The notes under the pieces are model-generated. The model did not search any database and was not told the origin of the DNA. It saw only the letters and a list, made by a program, of their open reading frames with translations. A stretch of DNA of 63,975 nt, counting the filler, from Octopus bimaculoides (lineage: Eukaryota), in the NCBI RefSeq assembly GCF_001194135.2. It is 9 parts of 8 records of this genome, joined end to end, with 100 filler letters (N's around TTAATTAATTAA, not from the genome) between each part and the next. Parts side by side here need not be neighbours in the genome. Positions count along the whole stretch, not along the records: positions 49,147 to 51,167 come from NW_026341373.1; positions 51,268 to 54,013 come from NW_026338833.1; positions 54,114 to 59,989 come from NC_068984.1; positions 60,090 to 63,975 come from NW_026384481.1; 5 more parts are not named here. One strand, 5' to 3'. A program made the position numbers and the translations under genes. Positions 50,730 through 63,464 of this stretch are shown one piece after another (the first letter of the stretch is position 1; each line of letters begins with the position of its first letter).

Positions 50730-51334
50730 CATATATATACACTCATATATATGAGTATTTATGTACATATATACATTAGTCATTATTAGTTTTTTTTTCG
50801 GTAAAATTAGTGTTTTCATAGCATTTTTGGTTTACTTATGCTGTGAGTATTTTATATTTTGTTATATCATATATGTATTATTTTATTCGTATTTTTTTTT
50901 TGTTCTGCTGTATGTATTTCTATGGTATTAAATACCTAACTATGTAAGTGCCTGCAGATGTATGTCCATTATAATATAGCTATAGGCCTTCTATGCTGTT
51001 CGGTATCACTACTTCGCGATGCTGTATGTCTGTAAATGCGTATGTGTGTGTATATTTGTTTGTACACCCACACACACACACATATGTATATATATATATG
51101 TGTGTTTATTCATATATGTATATATATATATGTGTTTATTCCTATATGTATGTATATATATATATATNNNNNNNNNNNNNNNNNNNNNNNNNNNNNNNNN
51201 NNNNNNNNNNNTTAATTAATTAANNNNNNNNNNNNNNNNNNNNNNNNNNNNNNNNNNNNNNNNNNNNACCAAAATCGGACAGCCTAAACGAAACTGCGCA
51301 AATAGTGAAACGCAAAGCACAAACATAATTAGTG

Positions 51335-51380
<46 letters not shown>

Positions 51381-52149
51381 GAGAGAGAGAGTGAGAAAGA
51401 GAGTGAGGCTGTTTGAGTCTATTAATAGTTAAAATCTAGTGGATTTGCTTCATTGTATCCTCCCAGCGTCTGGCTATCCACCCCGAACAACAATTAGGAC
51501 GGGTGTGTCTGTTATACAATCTATCAGGTAGAGAATTTTATTCCAGTTCCAACACACACACACACACAAAATGTAAGACTAACATAAAAATACAATAAAA
51601 AATATAAAATGTAAGGAAAAAATAAATAAAAAACTTTACTCAGGGGAGAGAAGTAGGTTGTCTGTTTTTTAGTGTTTCGTTATTGTTTTTGTTGGTGTTT
51701 TTTTGGTGGGGTTTTTGCGTTATTTATTTTGTGTTTCTGGAAATTGTAGATTTCTAGATTAAACACTTATATAAACATACATATATNNNNNNNNNNNNNN
51801 NNNNNNNNNNNNNNNNNNNNNNNNNNNNNNNNNNNNNNNNNNNNNNNNNNNNNNNNNNNNNNNNNNNNNNNNNNNNNNNNNNNNNNNNNNNNNNNNNNNN
51901 NNNNNNNNNNNNNNNNNNNNNNNNNNNNNNNNNNNNNNNNNNNNNNNNNNNNNNNNNNNNNNNNNNNNNNNNNNNNNNNNNNNNNNNNNNNNNNNNNNNN
52001 NNNNNNNNNNNNNNNNNNNNNNNNNNNNNNNNNNNNNNNNNNNNNNNNNNNNNNNNNNNNNNNNNNNNNNNNNNNNNNNNNNNNNNNNNNNNNNNNNNNN
52101 NNNNNNNNNNNNNNNNNNNNNNNNNNNNNNNNNNNNNNNNTATATATAT

Positions 52150-52221
<72 letters not shown>

Positions 52222-52965
52222 AACACTAATTTCCTTTAATCTGTTTATACATTCGCTAATTCCCTCATGCACACTGGCACAAGCATACGTACACACGCAG
52301 ACACACACATATAAGCTCCGCACACATATTCACGCATATACTACACACACACACACACACACACACATACATACATACATTACACGTGCGTTTGTGTGTG
52401 TGTATGTGTGCGTGTATGTGTGTGCGTGTTGTGTTCTGCTCCTGTCTGTTATGTCTGTATATGCTAACATCTTCAATTTTCTTGTTTCGTTTTAGTCTAG
52501 AAGGGTTAGCAGTGACCATAATCTTCCCCGGCTCATGATTGACCTTCACCTTCACTGTCCACGTTCTCCCCCACCCCAACTTCACTGCCCCGCTTTTGAC
52601 TTTTATCGATTAGTCACTCCTCCCCATCGGGCTTTGTTCATTTCAAAATTTTTCAAATCCTTGTCCTAAGAAAGAAAGAAACCCAAAGGATCTTGAAATT
52701 GCTGAGGGATTAGGGTCAGGGGAGGAAGGATCGGTAATTTTGCCCGAGGGCAGTGAGATACTGTAGGTGAGGCACGGGAAAGGGTTGTAATAAAGTCCAA
52801 TGAACCTTGGTGGATGTAGTATGTAATTAGCTAGTTGAGATGAACAGAGGCTGTTGTAGTAGTGGTAGAACTGACAGAGGGAGGACACAGTGTACCCTGT
52901 GGACCAAAGGTTGTTGTATGTTGGAGAGTGAGGCTTTGTTAAATAGTAATGTGGTACATAACTGG

Positions 52966-53160
52966 TGTGGAAGCGCAATGGCCCAGTGGTTAGAGCAGCG
53001 GACTCGTGGTCGTAGGATCGCGGTTTCGATTCCCAGACCGGGCGTTGTGAGTGTTTATTGAGCGAAAACACCTAAAAGCTCCACGAGGCTCCGGCAGGGG
53101 ATGGTGGCGAACCCTGCAGTACTCTTCCACCCCACAACTTTCTCTCGCTCTTACTTCAAG
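52966..53160 (+). mobile_element. SINE family B, 5' half
   Basis: GGAAGCGCAATGGCCCAGTGGTTAG (A box)..GGTTTCGATTCCC (B box), interrupted by CA-rich DNA. Confidence 0.8.
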
Positions 53161-53492
53161 CGGTGATGGAGGTGGGGGAAAACACATACATACACACACA
53201 CACACTCACATTCACTCGCACACACACACATTACACATACATACGCACGCACACACATTCACATGCACTTATACTCACGTCCACACGCACACACAATATA
53301 CATACACACAAACAAGCACGCACACACACATTCACACACACACATTCACACACACACATTCACACACACACATTCACACACAATACACATACATACGCAC
53401 GCACACACATTCACACACAAACAAGCAAGCACGCACACAAACACACACACAACATACATACACACACACAATATGCACACACACACACACAC

Positions 53493-53735
53493 TTTGTCCC
53501 TTTGTCTGTCCTTATTTGTCCCCTCTATGTGTAGCCCCCTGTGGGCAATAAAGAAATAAATATTTCGTCGGCCGCTACGTTCTGAGTTCAAATTCCGCCG
53601 AGGTCGACTTTGCCTTTCATCCTTTCGGGGTCGATTAAATAAGTACCAGTTACGCACTGGGGTCGATATAATCGACTTAATCCATTTGTCTTTGTTTGTT
53701 ACCTCTGTGTGTAGCCCCTTGTGGGCAGTCAAGAA
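53493..53735 (+). mobile_element. SINE family C: isolated tail (53493-53557) followed by a headless copy (53560-53735)
   Basis: Two tails (TTTGTCCCCTCTATGT.TAGCCCC.TGTGGGCAATAAAGAAAT and variant) and one central domain. Confidence 0.8.
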
Positions 53736-53844
53736 ATAACACACTCAATATACACGCATACACACACATTCACACACATTCACATACACACAAACAAGCA
53801 CGCACACACACACACACAACATACATACACACACACACAATATG

Positions 53845-53888
<44 letters not shown>

Positions 53889-54129
53889 ATATACACGCAT
53901 ACATCCACCCGTGATCATGTCTATCTCTTATCTCTGTCTCTCGTTATTGTTTGTGTTGGAGACGTCTTCGGATTGACAATGTAATACTGGGGGGGATTAA
54001 CGTGGTGGCGATGNNNNNNNNNNNNNNNNNNNNNNNNNNNNNNNNNNNNNNNNNNNNTTAATTAATTAANNNNNNNNNNNNNNNNNNNNNNNNNNNNNNN
54101 NNNNNNNNNNNNNATATATATATATATAT

Positions 54130-54470
54130 ATATAATCATTTATTCGCTTCAGTCTTTAAGCTGCAGCTTTGCTAGGTCAACGACTTGGCGGATTTAGTCA
54201 AACAAATCTATCCCAGTACTTATTTTTTAAAGTCTGGTACTTATTCCACCAGTCTCTTTTGCTAAAGAACTAAGTTACAGGGATTAGGGAGACAATCACA
54301 CACACACATAAACGCGACGGGTTTTTTTCAGTTTCTGTCTATGAAATCCACTCACAAAGTTTTAATCTGGCTGAGGCTATAGTAGAAGACAACACTTACT
54401 CAAGGTGCTACGCAATGGGACCGAACCTGTAACCATTTGGTTGGGAAGCAAACTTCTTATCATACAGATA
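54130..54470 (-). mobile_element. SINE family A, degenerate
   Basis: Reverse complement of family A motifs. Confidence 0.65.
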
Positions 54471-56461
54471 CACCTATATGTGTTTGTGAAAGTGACAGTG
54501 TGTGTGTGTATTTATTATATCAAAATGCACAGTTATGTACGAGAGTATACATACAGGTGTGTTTGCGTATAAATTGCATAGATTTAAAATGTCACAATTT
54601 TCATAGGATTTAATTATATTTTAGTATGATTAAGTTAACATTTAATACAACCTTTAATAAATCTAGCACCATAAATCTAATTGCATATCTCAGTCTAGTT
54701 TACAATGCATTATGTTTTCTGTAAAAATGCTATGGTTTGTATTGTTATGTTTGTAATCAAAAATATACATCACCTTCTTTCTTAAGACATCACATCGTGA
54801 GTTTGTAATATAGGGTAGTATATCATACAAAACATAATTAAAAAATATTGATGGCAATCTATGTTTGTAAGCCTTGTATTATTTGGAAAAGCGACGGAAA
54901 GAGTATGGTGGAATTGGTGCGGGGGGTGGAAATCCAACGTTTCGGAAAGAATCCGTCATCAAGCTGAAGATGACATGAGGGAAATAAATGAAGTACCGTA
55001 ACACTTTACATGCTTTATGATAAAAAAGAAATTGTCTGCAATGGATAGGAAACGCAAGACAACGTGATTTTGCAGGCGTAAAGAAGAAGTAGTAGGAGAA
55101 ATAAGCTAGGTGAGAGAGGGAGAAAGAAAAATGCAAAGAAGAGTAGGAACAAATTGGTGAGGTAGATGAATATATGCTGTCTTGCGTTCCCCGTTAATTG
55201 CAGCCAGTTTCTAAAAAAAAAAAAAAGTTGTAAAATTCTGCTGTGTATTTTTTATTTCTCTTCTGTCATCTTTAGCCTGAAGAACTCTATCTGAAACATG
55301 CGTGCACAGAAATTATACAGTACTCTTTCTGTCGCTTTTTCATTTGAGAGTGTAACTGTATGTGAAAAATATCGAATAGCATGATTTGGAATAGAAAGAG
55401 AAGGAAAGAAAACAATAGAATTTTGCATAATTTTATTGTTTGTTTTTTTTCAGTAAAATAATCTCTGAATCAATAACCATACCAAAACCATCGATCTTTT
55501 AAATAAACATAGAATTGTGACGATCAATCCTCACACCGATCGAATGCAAATAATGAATTCCCCCTACGCAATGCTTCACTTTCTTTAACCCTTTGAACCC
55601 ACGAGTACGGTTTAGCGGGAACGATTTCGTTTGATTATACCCCCGGAAGACTTAAATGCGGGGCATTTAGCGTTTACGGCTGAAAATATCGATGTTTCTG
55701 CCAATTAGCAAGCCTTAACCACAAGACTGTGCCGCCACTCGATTTTGCCCTTTTCACGAGTATAGTAAAATGAAACTATCTCCGCTAAAGCATAGTCGTG
55801 GATTGTAAAGGTTTAAAAAAGGAAGGCTAACGTTGATCTGCGTTGTTCTGGATACTTTATCGGAAAATAAGACTGAATGGTCATAGTTTGGAACTCTTTT
55901 GAAAGTGGGTTTACCTGCTCAACAATAACAATCATGGGAGCAGCAACAGCAACAACAAAAACAGCAGCAACAACAGCAACATCAGCAGTAGTTGTTTTGT
56001 TGGAATGAATAAAATAACTCAAACAGAAATTCTCGTGATATTTCTCACATTGTAAAATACGACAGTAAGATTTAATAAATAACCTCACAATCCTGAAATA
56101 TCTTTGGAAAAACTGGCATTTTTCCATCTCAGTAACTTGGAGCTACCCGAATCAAGTACTGGGGAAATAAAGAGAAATATCCCAAGACATAATACGTAAC
56201 TATATCTTTCGGCAGAATCTATTTTTCATGTCAAGGCAATTATCTTTTAACTTGTACATGGCTTTCAGTTGATACGTCGAGTGTTTCTCTTGCAAGTTTC
56301 TCCAGAACTAAATTTAATTTTTCCATTTTCTCTGAGGTTGCAAAGAATAAAACTTATTTGAAGTTGTCCGAGAATTTCCTCAGGATATATATTTTTCTTC
56401 ATATTTCAGAACGAGTGTGTAATATACTTCTACATTTCTTAGCACTATATATACTCTTCTT

Positions 56462-56754
56462 CGCGGTTTCGATTCCCAGACCGGGCGTTGTGAGTGTTTA
56501 TTGAGCGAAAACACCTAAAGCTCCACGAGGCTCCGGTAGGGGATGGTGGCGAACCCTGCTGTACTCTTTCACCACAACTTTCTCTCACTCTTTCTTCCTG
56601 TTTCTGTTATGCCTGTAATTCAAAGGGTCAGCCTTGTCACACTGTGTCACACTGAATATCCCCGAGAACTACGTTAAGGATACACGTGTCTGTGGAGTGC
56701 TCAGCCACTTGCACGTTAATTTCACGAGCAGGCTGTTCCGGATGAACTGGAACC
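56462..56754 (+). mobile_element. SINE family B lacking most of its head
   Basis: From the B box through the core to GGAACCC, then a gap. Confidence 0.8.
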
Positions 56755-57394
56755 CNNNNNNNNNNNNNNNNNNNNNNNNNNNNNNNNNNNNNNNNNNNNN
56801 NNNNNNNNNNNNNNNNNNNNNNNNNNNNNNNNNNNNNNNNNNNNNNNNNNNNNNNNNNNNNNNNNNNNNNNNNNNNNNNNNNNNNNNNNNNNNNNNNNNN
56901 NNNNNNNNNNNNNNNNNNNNNNNNNNNNNNNNNNNNNNNNNNNNNNNNNNNNNNNNNNNNNNNNNNNNNNNNNNNNNNNNNNNNNNNNNNNNNNNNNNNN
57001 NNNNNNNNNNNNNNNNNNNNNNNNNNNNNNNNNNNNNNNNNNNNNNNNNNNNNNNNNNNNNNNNNNNNNNNNNNNNNNNNNNNNNNNNNNNNNNNNNNNN
57101 NNNNNNNNNNATATATACATATATATATCTGTAAAAATATGTGACACTTATTCAGTAGCCATGATAAAACTCCGAGTTTCGGATGCCAGGGTGGGAGCCC
57201 ATGCCAATATCTCTTCAGTTATCCGGCAAATTGAAAATTCCTGTGAAAAATGACCGTTAAAAGACAAAAGGAAATTACTGTGTAGTGATAAGGTCAAAAC
57301 GCGTCTAAAACTGCGTATATTATCGCATGCAGGCATATATCCATATACGCACGCACATATCTCTATATACGCACGCATATATCTACATACGCAC

Positions 57395-58310
57395 GCTTCT
57401 CTGATGCTGTCTTCTCCGGGAAGTCTCGCTGAAGGCTACCACGTCAATGTTGAAGTGGGCAAGTTCCTTGCAGACGAGGGCTGTACGTCGCTCTGGTCGA
57501 ATAACGTCATTCTTGTCCTGGAGAGTGCGGATGTTCTAGGCCCCGAAGGTGGGACGTTGTGAAACAGGATTTAGTTGAGTTCCAACCGCTAAGTAGGAGG
57601 TAGGCCAGCTGCAGTACGCTGGCCAGATCGAGTTGCCGTGTCTGATGTTTACCCGCCTTTTCTAGGGGCTTCTCCTTGAGGGGTGGGCTGTGGTAATCCT
57701 AAAGAGGCCAGCCCAGTCACTAGTCTAGCTGCCGAACTCCAATGTCACGGTTATTTATTGGAGATCGACCATCTGAGATTTGCCACCAATGTGTGGTCAT
57801 GGACTAGAGGCTTCCAGCTTTCTAGACCTGCCTCCGGTGCCAACGATACCATCGACATTGGGCGTTTTGATACAGATTAGAAAGACGAAGCTATTCACTG
57901 AATAACTTGTTTGAGGTGATCGTGGCTGCGCGACGGCCACGCGCATGCACTTGGCCAGGAACTTCTCCACTGCGGCTCAAGAATTGAGACTTGCAGTCTT
58001 GATGAGGCTGGTTACAGCGAGCTGCCGGAGTCTATCCGCCTTTGTCAAGCCCGCCCGCCAGGCGTTGCTCTCTTCCACCGGAGTCAATCCTTGGGGGTTT
58101 GAGACAGCCCTCCTCTACTTGCTCCACCATTGAGGTTTTCATGTTAGGGTTTGGTCGTGTTTAGTCTGGGACCTCATACTGGACCTTGCCGCCATGGGTG
58201 GCCCTTAGCAGGAGTCTAAGACACCAGACGGTGTCAGTCTCAGAATCATTGGAACACACAAGCTCTTCCACCACGACAAGGGACTGGAAAAGACTGGAAA
58301 AAGTATATAT
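57395..58310 (-). mobile_element. 5' end of an RTE LINE: long 5' leader plus endonuclease N-terminus
   Basis: TFGA*NIRTLQD..RPERRTALVCKELAHFNIDVVAFSET (RTE APE start) at 57420-57540. Leader begins with the RTE-type CCCTTGTCGTGGTGGAAGAGCTTG..CCAATGA motif. Confidence 0.8.
58240..58303 (-). ncRNA. Decayed HDV-like ribozyme at the RTE 5' end
   Basis: P1 CTTTTCCA/TGGAAGAG, L3 TTGTCGT closed by CC/GG, short P4 GC-TTGTGT-GT, J4/2 TCCAAT and P2 AGTC/GATT. Folded by hand only. Confidence 0.45.
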
Positions 58311-59518
58311 ACAGTGTAATCCGAGATAACCCGCTCTCACCGGAAAATGTGAATTGGTCATGATTGAAATGATTCTACTGATGTATTTGTTCGGTCTAGG
58401 GCAGAGAGCCGCCGCCGCCACCATCGCTGCTGCTGCTGCTACATTAATGTTCGACCGTCGAATGTCTCTTATGGCATTGCTTGACCTTCCAGAAATAGCA
58501 GCCAAATTGTCTTCAAATCATACTCTGCCATGGTAAGGTTCTTTAGACAGGGTAGGTATGAATACATAATCTGAAAAAAAATCTAAAAAATATTTGTCGG
58601 GGTGGTCACGGCTGGAACAACTTTGATAAAGCATAAGTTAGTGCTTATCATATTTGTGTTTGAGAATAAAGAACAAAAATAAATACTGCTAATACCATCA
58701 CCACGACGACGACGACCACCACCACCACCACTACTGCTACCACTATCTTTTCATTCCTATGCTTCTTTATTATTTAATCATTGTTAACAAAAGATATCGA
58801 GCCAACTTCCTTCCGGCTTAATAAATAAATGGATTTGTTTCTTTGGTTATATGTCGGCTTCGTTTTATTTCGTATATCCAATGTTAATTGATGAATTTAC
58901 GATGTTATAGTATTTATGGTTAATTACTAGAGTTATACAAATCATATAACTGACATATGTGTATAGTGAAAATAATTAAGTGCAAGGGAAGGCGGTGTAG
59001 AAGATTAAAGAGAAAGCGAAAGTTCGATTTCGTAATTAATTTAGTATAAGCTCATCTATTGATATTGGTTTTTACAAGGTTTAAGTAAATATTATGTAGT
59101 TATAGAAACAGTAATACAAAGTAATATATATATATATATATATATATATANNNNNNNNNNNNNNNNNNNNNNNNNNNNNNNNNNNNNNNNNNNNNNNNNN
59201 NNNNNNNNNNNNNNNNNNNNNNNNNNNNNNNNNNNNNNNNNNNNNNNNNNNNNNNNNNNNNNNNNNNNNNNNNNNNNNNNNNNNNNNNNNNNNNNNNNNN
59301 NNNNNNNNNNNNNNNNNNNNNNNNNNNNNNNNNNNNNNNNNNNNNNNNNNNNNNNNNNNNNNNNNNNNNNNNNNNNNNNNNNNNNNNNNNNNNNNNNNNN
59401 NNNNNNNNNNNNNNNNNNNNNNNNNNNNNNNNNNNNNNNNNNNNNNNNNNNNNNNNNNNNNNNNNNNNNNNNNNNNNNNNNNNNNNNNNNNNNNNNNNNN
59501 NNNNNNNNNNNNNNNNNA

Positions 59519-59549
<31 letters not shown>

Positions 59550-60129
59550 TTATATTTATATTTATATAGAAAGCAATTGTACTGGTAACAGCAACAAGAA
59601 CAACAATAATAATAATTACCACAAAATGCATTATCTTTATTACTAGCTCATTAACGACAATGTCTATTAACATATTTATTTTTCATTTATTTATTTCCTT
59701 AGGTACTTAACTAAGTTAATACTTGTGTAAATATATCAATTCTTATATTGTTTCGGTGTAGATATAAATTTTAGATATTTATCTTTTTTTTTTGTTATTT
59801 TCTTCGCGGTATTGCTTTGTCTATTTATTGTCTAAATGTTCTATTATGGAAACGATTAAGACGTTGTAACGACACACACATCATAAACACATCCTTATAT
59901 GCATGTATTTATCTACATATATGTCTATATATCTCTATCGATTTATTTACATATCTATCTATCTATCTATCTATCTATATATATATATANNNNNNNNNNN
60001 NNNNNNNNNNNNNNNNNNNNNNNNNNNNNNNNNTTAATTAATTAANNNNNNNNNNNNNNNNNNNNNNNNNNNNNNNNNNNNNNNNNNNNTATATATATAT
60101 GAATATACGAATATATATATATGTATATA

Positions 60130-63100
60130 GGAAGTAGAATAACAAACGAGGGCCGGAAATGAAGGATCCCATCATGAATCGTTGCATTCTCGTCCTCTAT
60201 ACACACTCTTTCAACACTGCAACTGTAAGGAGAAAACATCCCTCACAGTCTTTCGAGAGTCCGGTGGGTGGCACAATCTTTATTATAGATCCAGCTGATA
60301 GCTGTACTCTACCTAAGTGTGACAACACGTGTTCAATGTAAATTATCAAGCCTGAAAGCTCCCGATAGTGTACAAAAGCATGCTGGACAGTTTGATCGTC
60401 CAGCCCACATCTTGGACATGTCGTTGGCACTGCCATTCCATGCCTTGATAATTTATTGCGAACAGGTAAAGCATTCCTGTAGCACTGCCAGGTCAGGGAT
60501 TTTTGGTAATTATCCAAATACCCCAGCTTGAAAGTCTTTTGGAACAGGTCGGTAAGTTGGTTCTCATCAAACCCCAGAGCCCCTCCTAAGACGTCGTCAA
60601 TTTTAGCCTCTACCCGCTCTCTATACAATACCGAGGTGGTATTCCCACTGCTGGCCTTGCCTGACTTGTGGATCAGCACGAGTGCCTGTCAACACTCCTT
60701 TTGCCATTCTGTCAGATTCCATCTTTTAATAAAACCAGGTTTAAACCTCTCTAAGGTTTAAGGCGGAAAGAATTCCTCTGCCAGATAATTCCACACCTTA
60801 TCACCTTCCAGGTAGCGCCAGAGATGTCTCAGTCTCAACGCATGTCTGCGTATCATACGCTAGGGCATCCCTAATCCAGAGTGCCTTACAAGTGGCTTTC
60901 CACCCTTCCACAATAAGCGGAAGAGGAGGTGCTCCAACTTGTTTAGCCACGAGTCAGGGCAAGGGACAATGATTAGGCGGTAGGTAATTACAGATGTGAC
61001 AAACACCTGTACCACTTTTGCCGTTCCTTTTAGGGATAGAGTCCGTCTGGACCAAGTCCGAACTAGAGCTTCCACCCTGTTTGCCACCCCACTCCAATTC
61101 TTCTCCATTTGGGAGTCCGGTCCAAACCAAACTCCAAGCAACTTAACAGGACCATCTGTCCAGTGACCCACGAAACTGGACACTACCGGCTTGCTCCTCC
61201 AGGTGCTGAGGCGCAAGCCGATGGACTTGTCCTTGTTAACTTTTGCTCCTGCCACAGCGTCATATCCTTTGATAGCCACTTCTACACAAGGTAGCTGAGC
61301 CTCATTGGACATGAAAATGGTGACGTCATCTGCATAAGCAGAGACCGACTTACTGCATCTGATTTCATTCGGGGTGCATCCCAAATTCTCCAAATTCCTC
61401 AGTAATGGCTCAAGAGCCAAAACGTACAGAAGCAGGGACAGGGGACACTCTTGACGAACTGAGCTCTAGATCAAAACAGCTCCGCCAGGTAGCCATTTAT
61501 CTGAACGGTGGGTTGGATGCTGCTATACATTGTGGAGATCCACCTACAGAAGTCGGGGCCAGTCCAGCCGCTTCAAGAACCACTGCCAAGTACAGGTGGT
61601 CTACTCTATCAAACGCTTTACTTTGGTCTAAATGGACCAGTGCCCCACCTTTGCCAGTTAACTTACCAACACTGTCTGTTGTTGTTGGCACTCCAACGCT
61701 TACGACGTCGAGGGTTCCAGTTGATCCAATCAACGGAACAGCCTGCTCATGAAATTAACGTGCAAGTGGCTGAGCACTCCACAGACACGTGTACCCTTAA
61801 CGTAGTTCTCGGGGATATTCCGCGTGACACAGTGTGACAAGGCACAACAGAAACAGGAAGAAAGAGTGAGAAAAAATTGTGGTGGAAGAGTACAGCAGGG
61901 TTCGCCACCATCCCCTGCTAGAGCCACGTGGAGCTATAGGTGTTTTCGCTCAATAAACACTCACAACGCCCGGTCTGGGAATCGAAACCGCGATCCTATG
62001 ACCACGAGTCCGCTGCCCTAACCACTGGGCCATTGCGCCTCCACTAAACAACCCTGTCTAAGGTGTAGTGTATAAGGTGAAGATTGTCCTGGATCGAACT
62101 GCCCGGAATGGCGCATGCCTGCACCTTCCCTACATTGCATCATTTGTTTCTTTCTTTTCTCTCTCTGCTTTTCCTTCTGCCGTATTGTCTGGTTTCTGTA
62201 GCTTCTCTGTACTCTCGCTTGTTCTCCTCTCTGCTTTCTTTTCAGGCTTTTGGGGAGGGGCCTCATTCCCCTTTTACTTTTCCATACAGTTGGAGTGGAC
62301 GTGGCCCTTCTTTCCACACTTGAAGCATCGGGGCTTACATCCCTCCACAGCTACTCTTATCGTTAGCCCCTCCCCTACAAATACCCTATCTAGCAAATTC
62401 TCCACGGTTTTGTTTGAGGACTGTAGGACCATTTCTAATGTTTGGCTTTTCCAGTTGACTGCCTTCTTTTTCATTTGTAAAATTGTTACCGCTTCTTTGA
62501 CGTCGTAAATAATGGCTGCCACCACCCACATTACATTGTAGCCTGCCAGAATTTCATCGATTACGACCTTCACTGTTCTGCCAACTACCCAAGTACGTGG
62601 GTAGCAGAATTATTTCATCATTCTTGAGGGTCCTTGTTGAGACCTCCTTCGCTACGTTAACAGTTTTGAACTGTGCTTCAACAGTAGCACATCTTGTTTC
62701 ACAGCTAACGTAGCATATTAAATTCCATATTGGTGCCAAGCACCTCTCTATTATTTCGTTTTTAGCGTCTTTAATTTTCTTTTCCTTTATGTTGTATATT
62801 TTGTACACTTCAGTACGTGCATTTATCATCACCTGTAGTGTTTCGGAGTGCAGCAACAGTCTTGTATTGCCGTCACTTTTTTTTTTAACTAAATTGTGAA
62901 ACTTGAACAACTGTTCCATTTTAATTTCCAGCTCTATGAAGTTGCCACTCACTGCCTCTGAAAAACTTTGTTTTTCCTTCTCTTTTTCTGACTCCTTTAG
63001 ATTTGAATTTCCTTTTCCCATCTTGGGAAAGTTTTTTATGGATTCAATGTTGAATTCCATTATAACTTTTTCAAAACTAAGCTAAAATGACAAAATTACA

Positions 63101-63460
63101 GATAATACACAACCCGTCAACGGGTAAAAAATAATATTTCGTAAAATATTTTACACAGTTCCACAGTATAATTTTCTGCCCCGTAGGGTGAAAATTAATG
63201 TCCTACAACGGATAACAGTTCAAATTCATGTAAAACACAAATCAACAAAATAATATCAAACAGGTAACAAGCCAAAGGTGACCTCAGGGTAGTAGGAATT
63301 TCAAAAAAACGATGCAAAAATAAATTGAGTGGCGATGGGAATTGATTCTCAAAGCAAATGTATTTTTACTTTTTCCAGTTACGAACAGTCGCTGATCTCC
63401 AAAAAGTGGAAACAAGCAATACTAAATCTCTGAGCGAGGTATAAACAGTAGCTGCATGAC
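60130..63460 (-). mobile_element. Tx1/L1-like LINE copy 2 (5' UTR, ORF1, endonuclease deleted, RT, C-terminal zinc finger)
   Basis: ORF1 MGKGNSN..EIKMEQLFKF..CFKCGKKGHVHSNC. RT HLDQSKAFDRVDH and SAYADDVTI. C-terminal TCPRCGLDDQTVQHAF. Clearly homologous to 18900-23280; 3' end lost at a microsatellite and gap. Confidence 0.9.
61678..62042 (-). mobile_element. Full-length SINE B inserted into the RT of LINE copy 2
   Basis: Complete head-core-tail with an (AAC)n end. 11-bp TSD CAAC(A/C)CTGTCT at 61667-61677 and 62049-62059. Confidence 0.88.
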
Positions 63461-63464
63461 ATGG

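Noticed and set aside
52966-53045. tRNA-like sequence with A and B boxes (also at 61965-62042 and 43479-43550)
   Set aside because: No acceptor-stem pairing, and it runs into a multi-copy SINE body; a SINE head, not a tRNA gene.
55272-55310. CTGAAGA..GAAAC hammerhead-like spacing
   Set aside because: Stem II and stem I do not pair and there is no valid NUH triplet.
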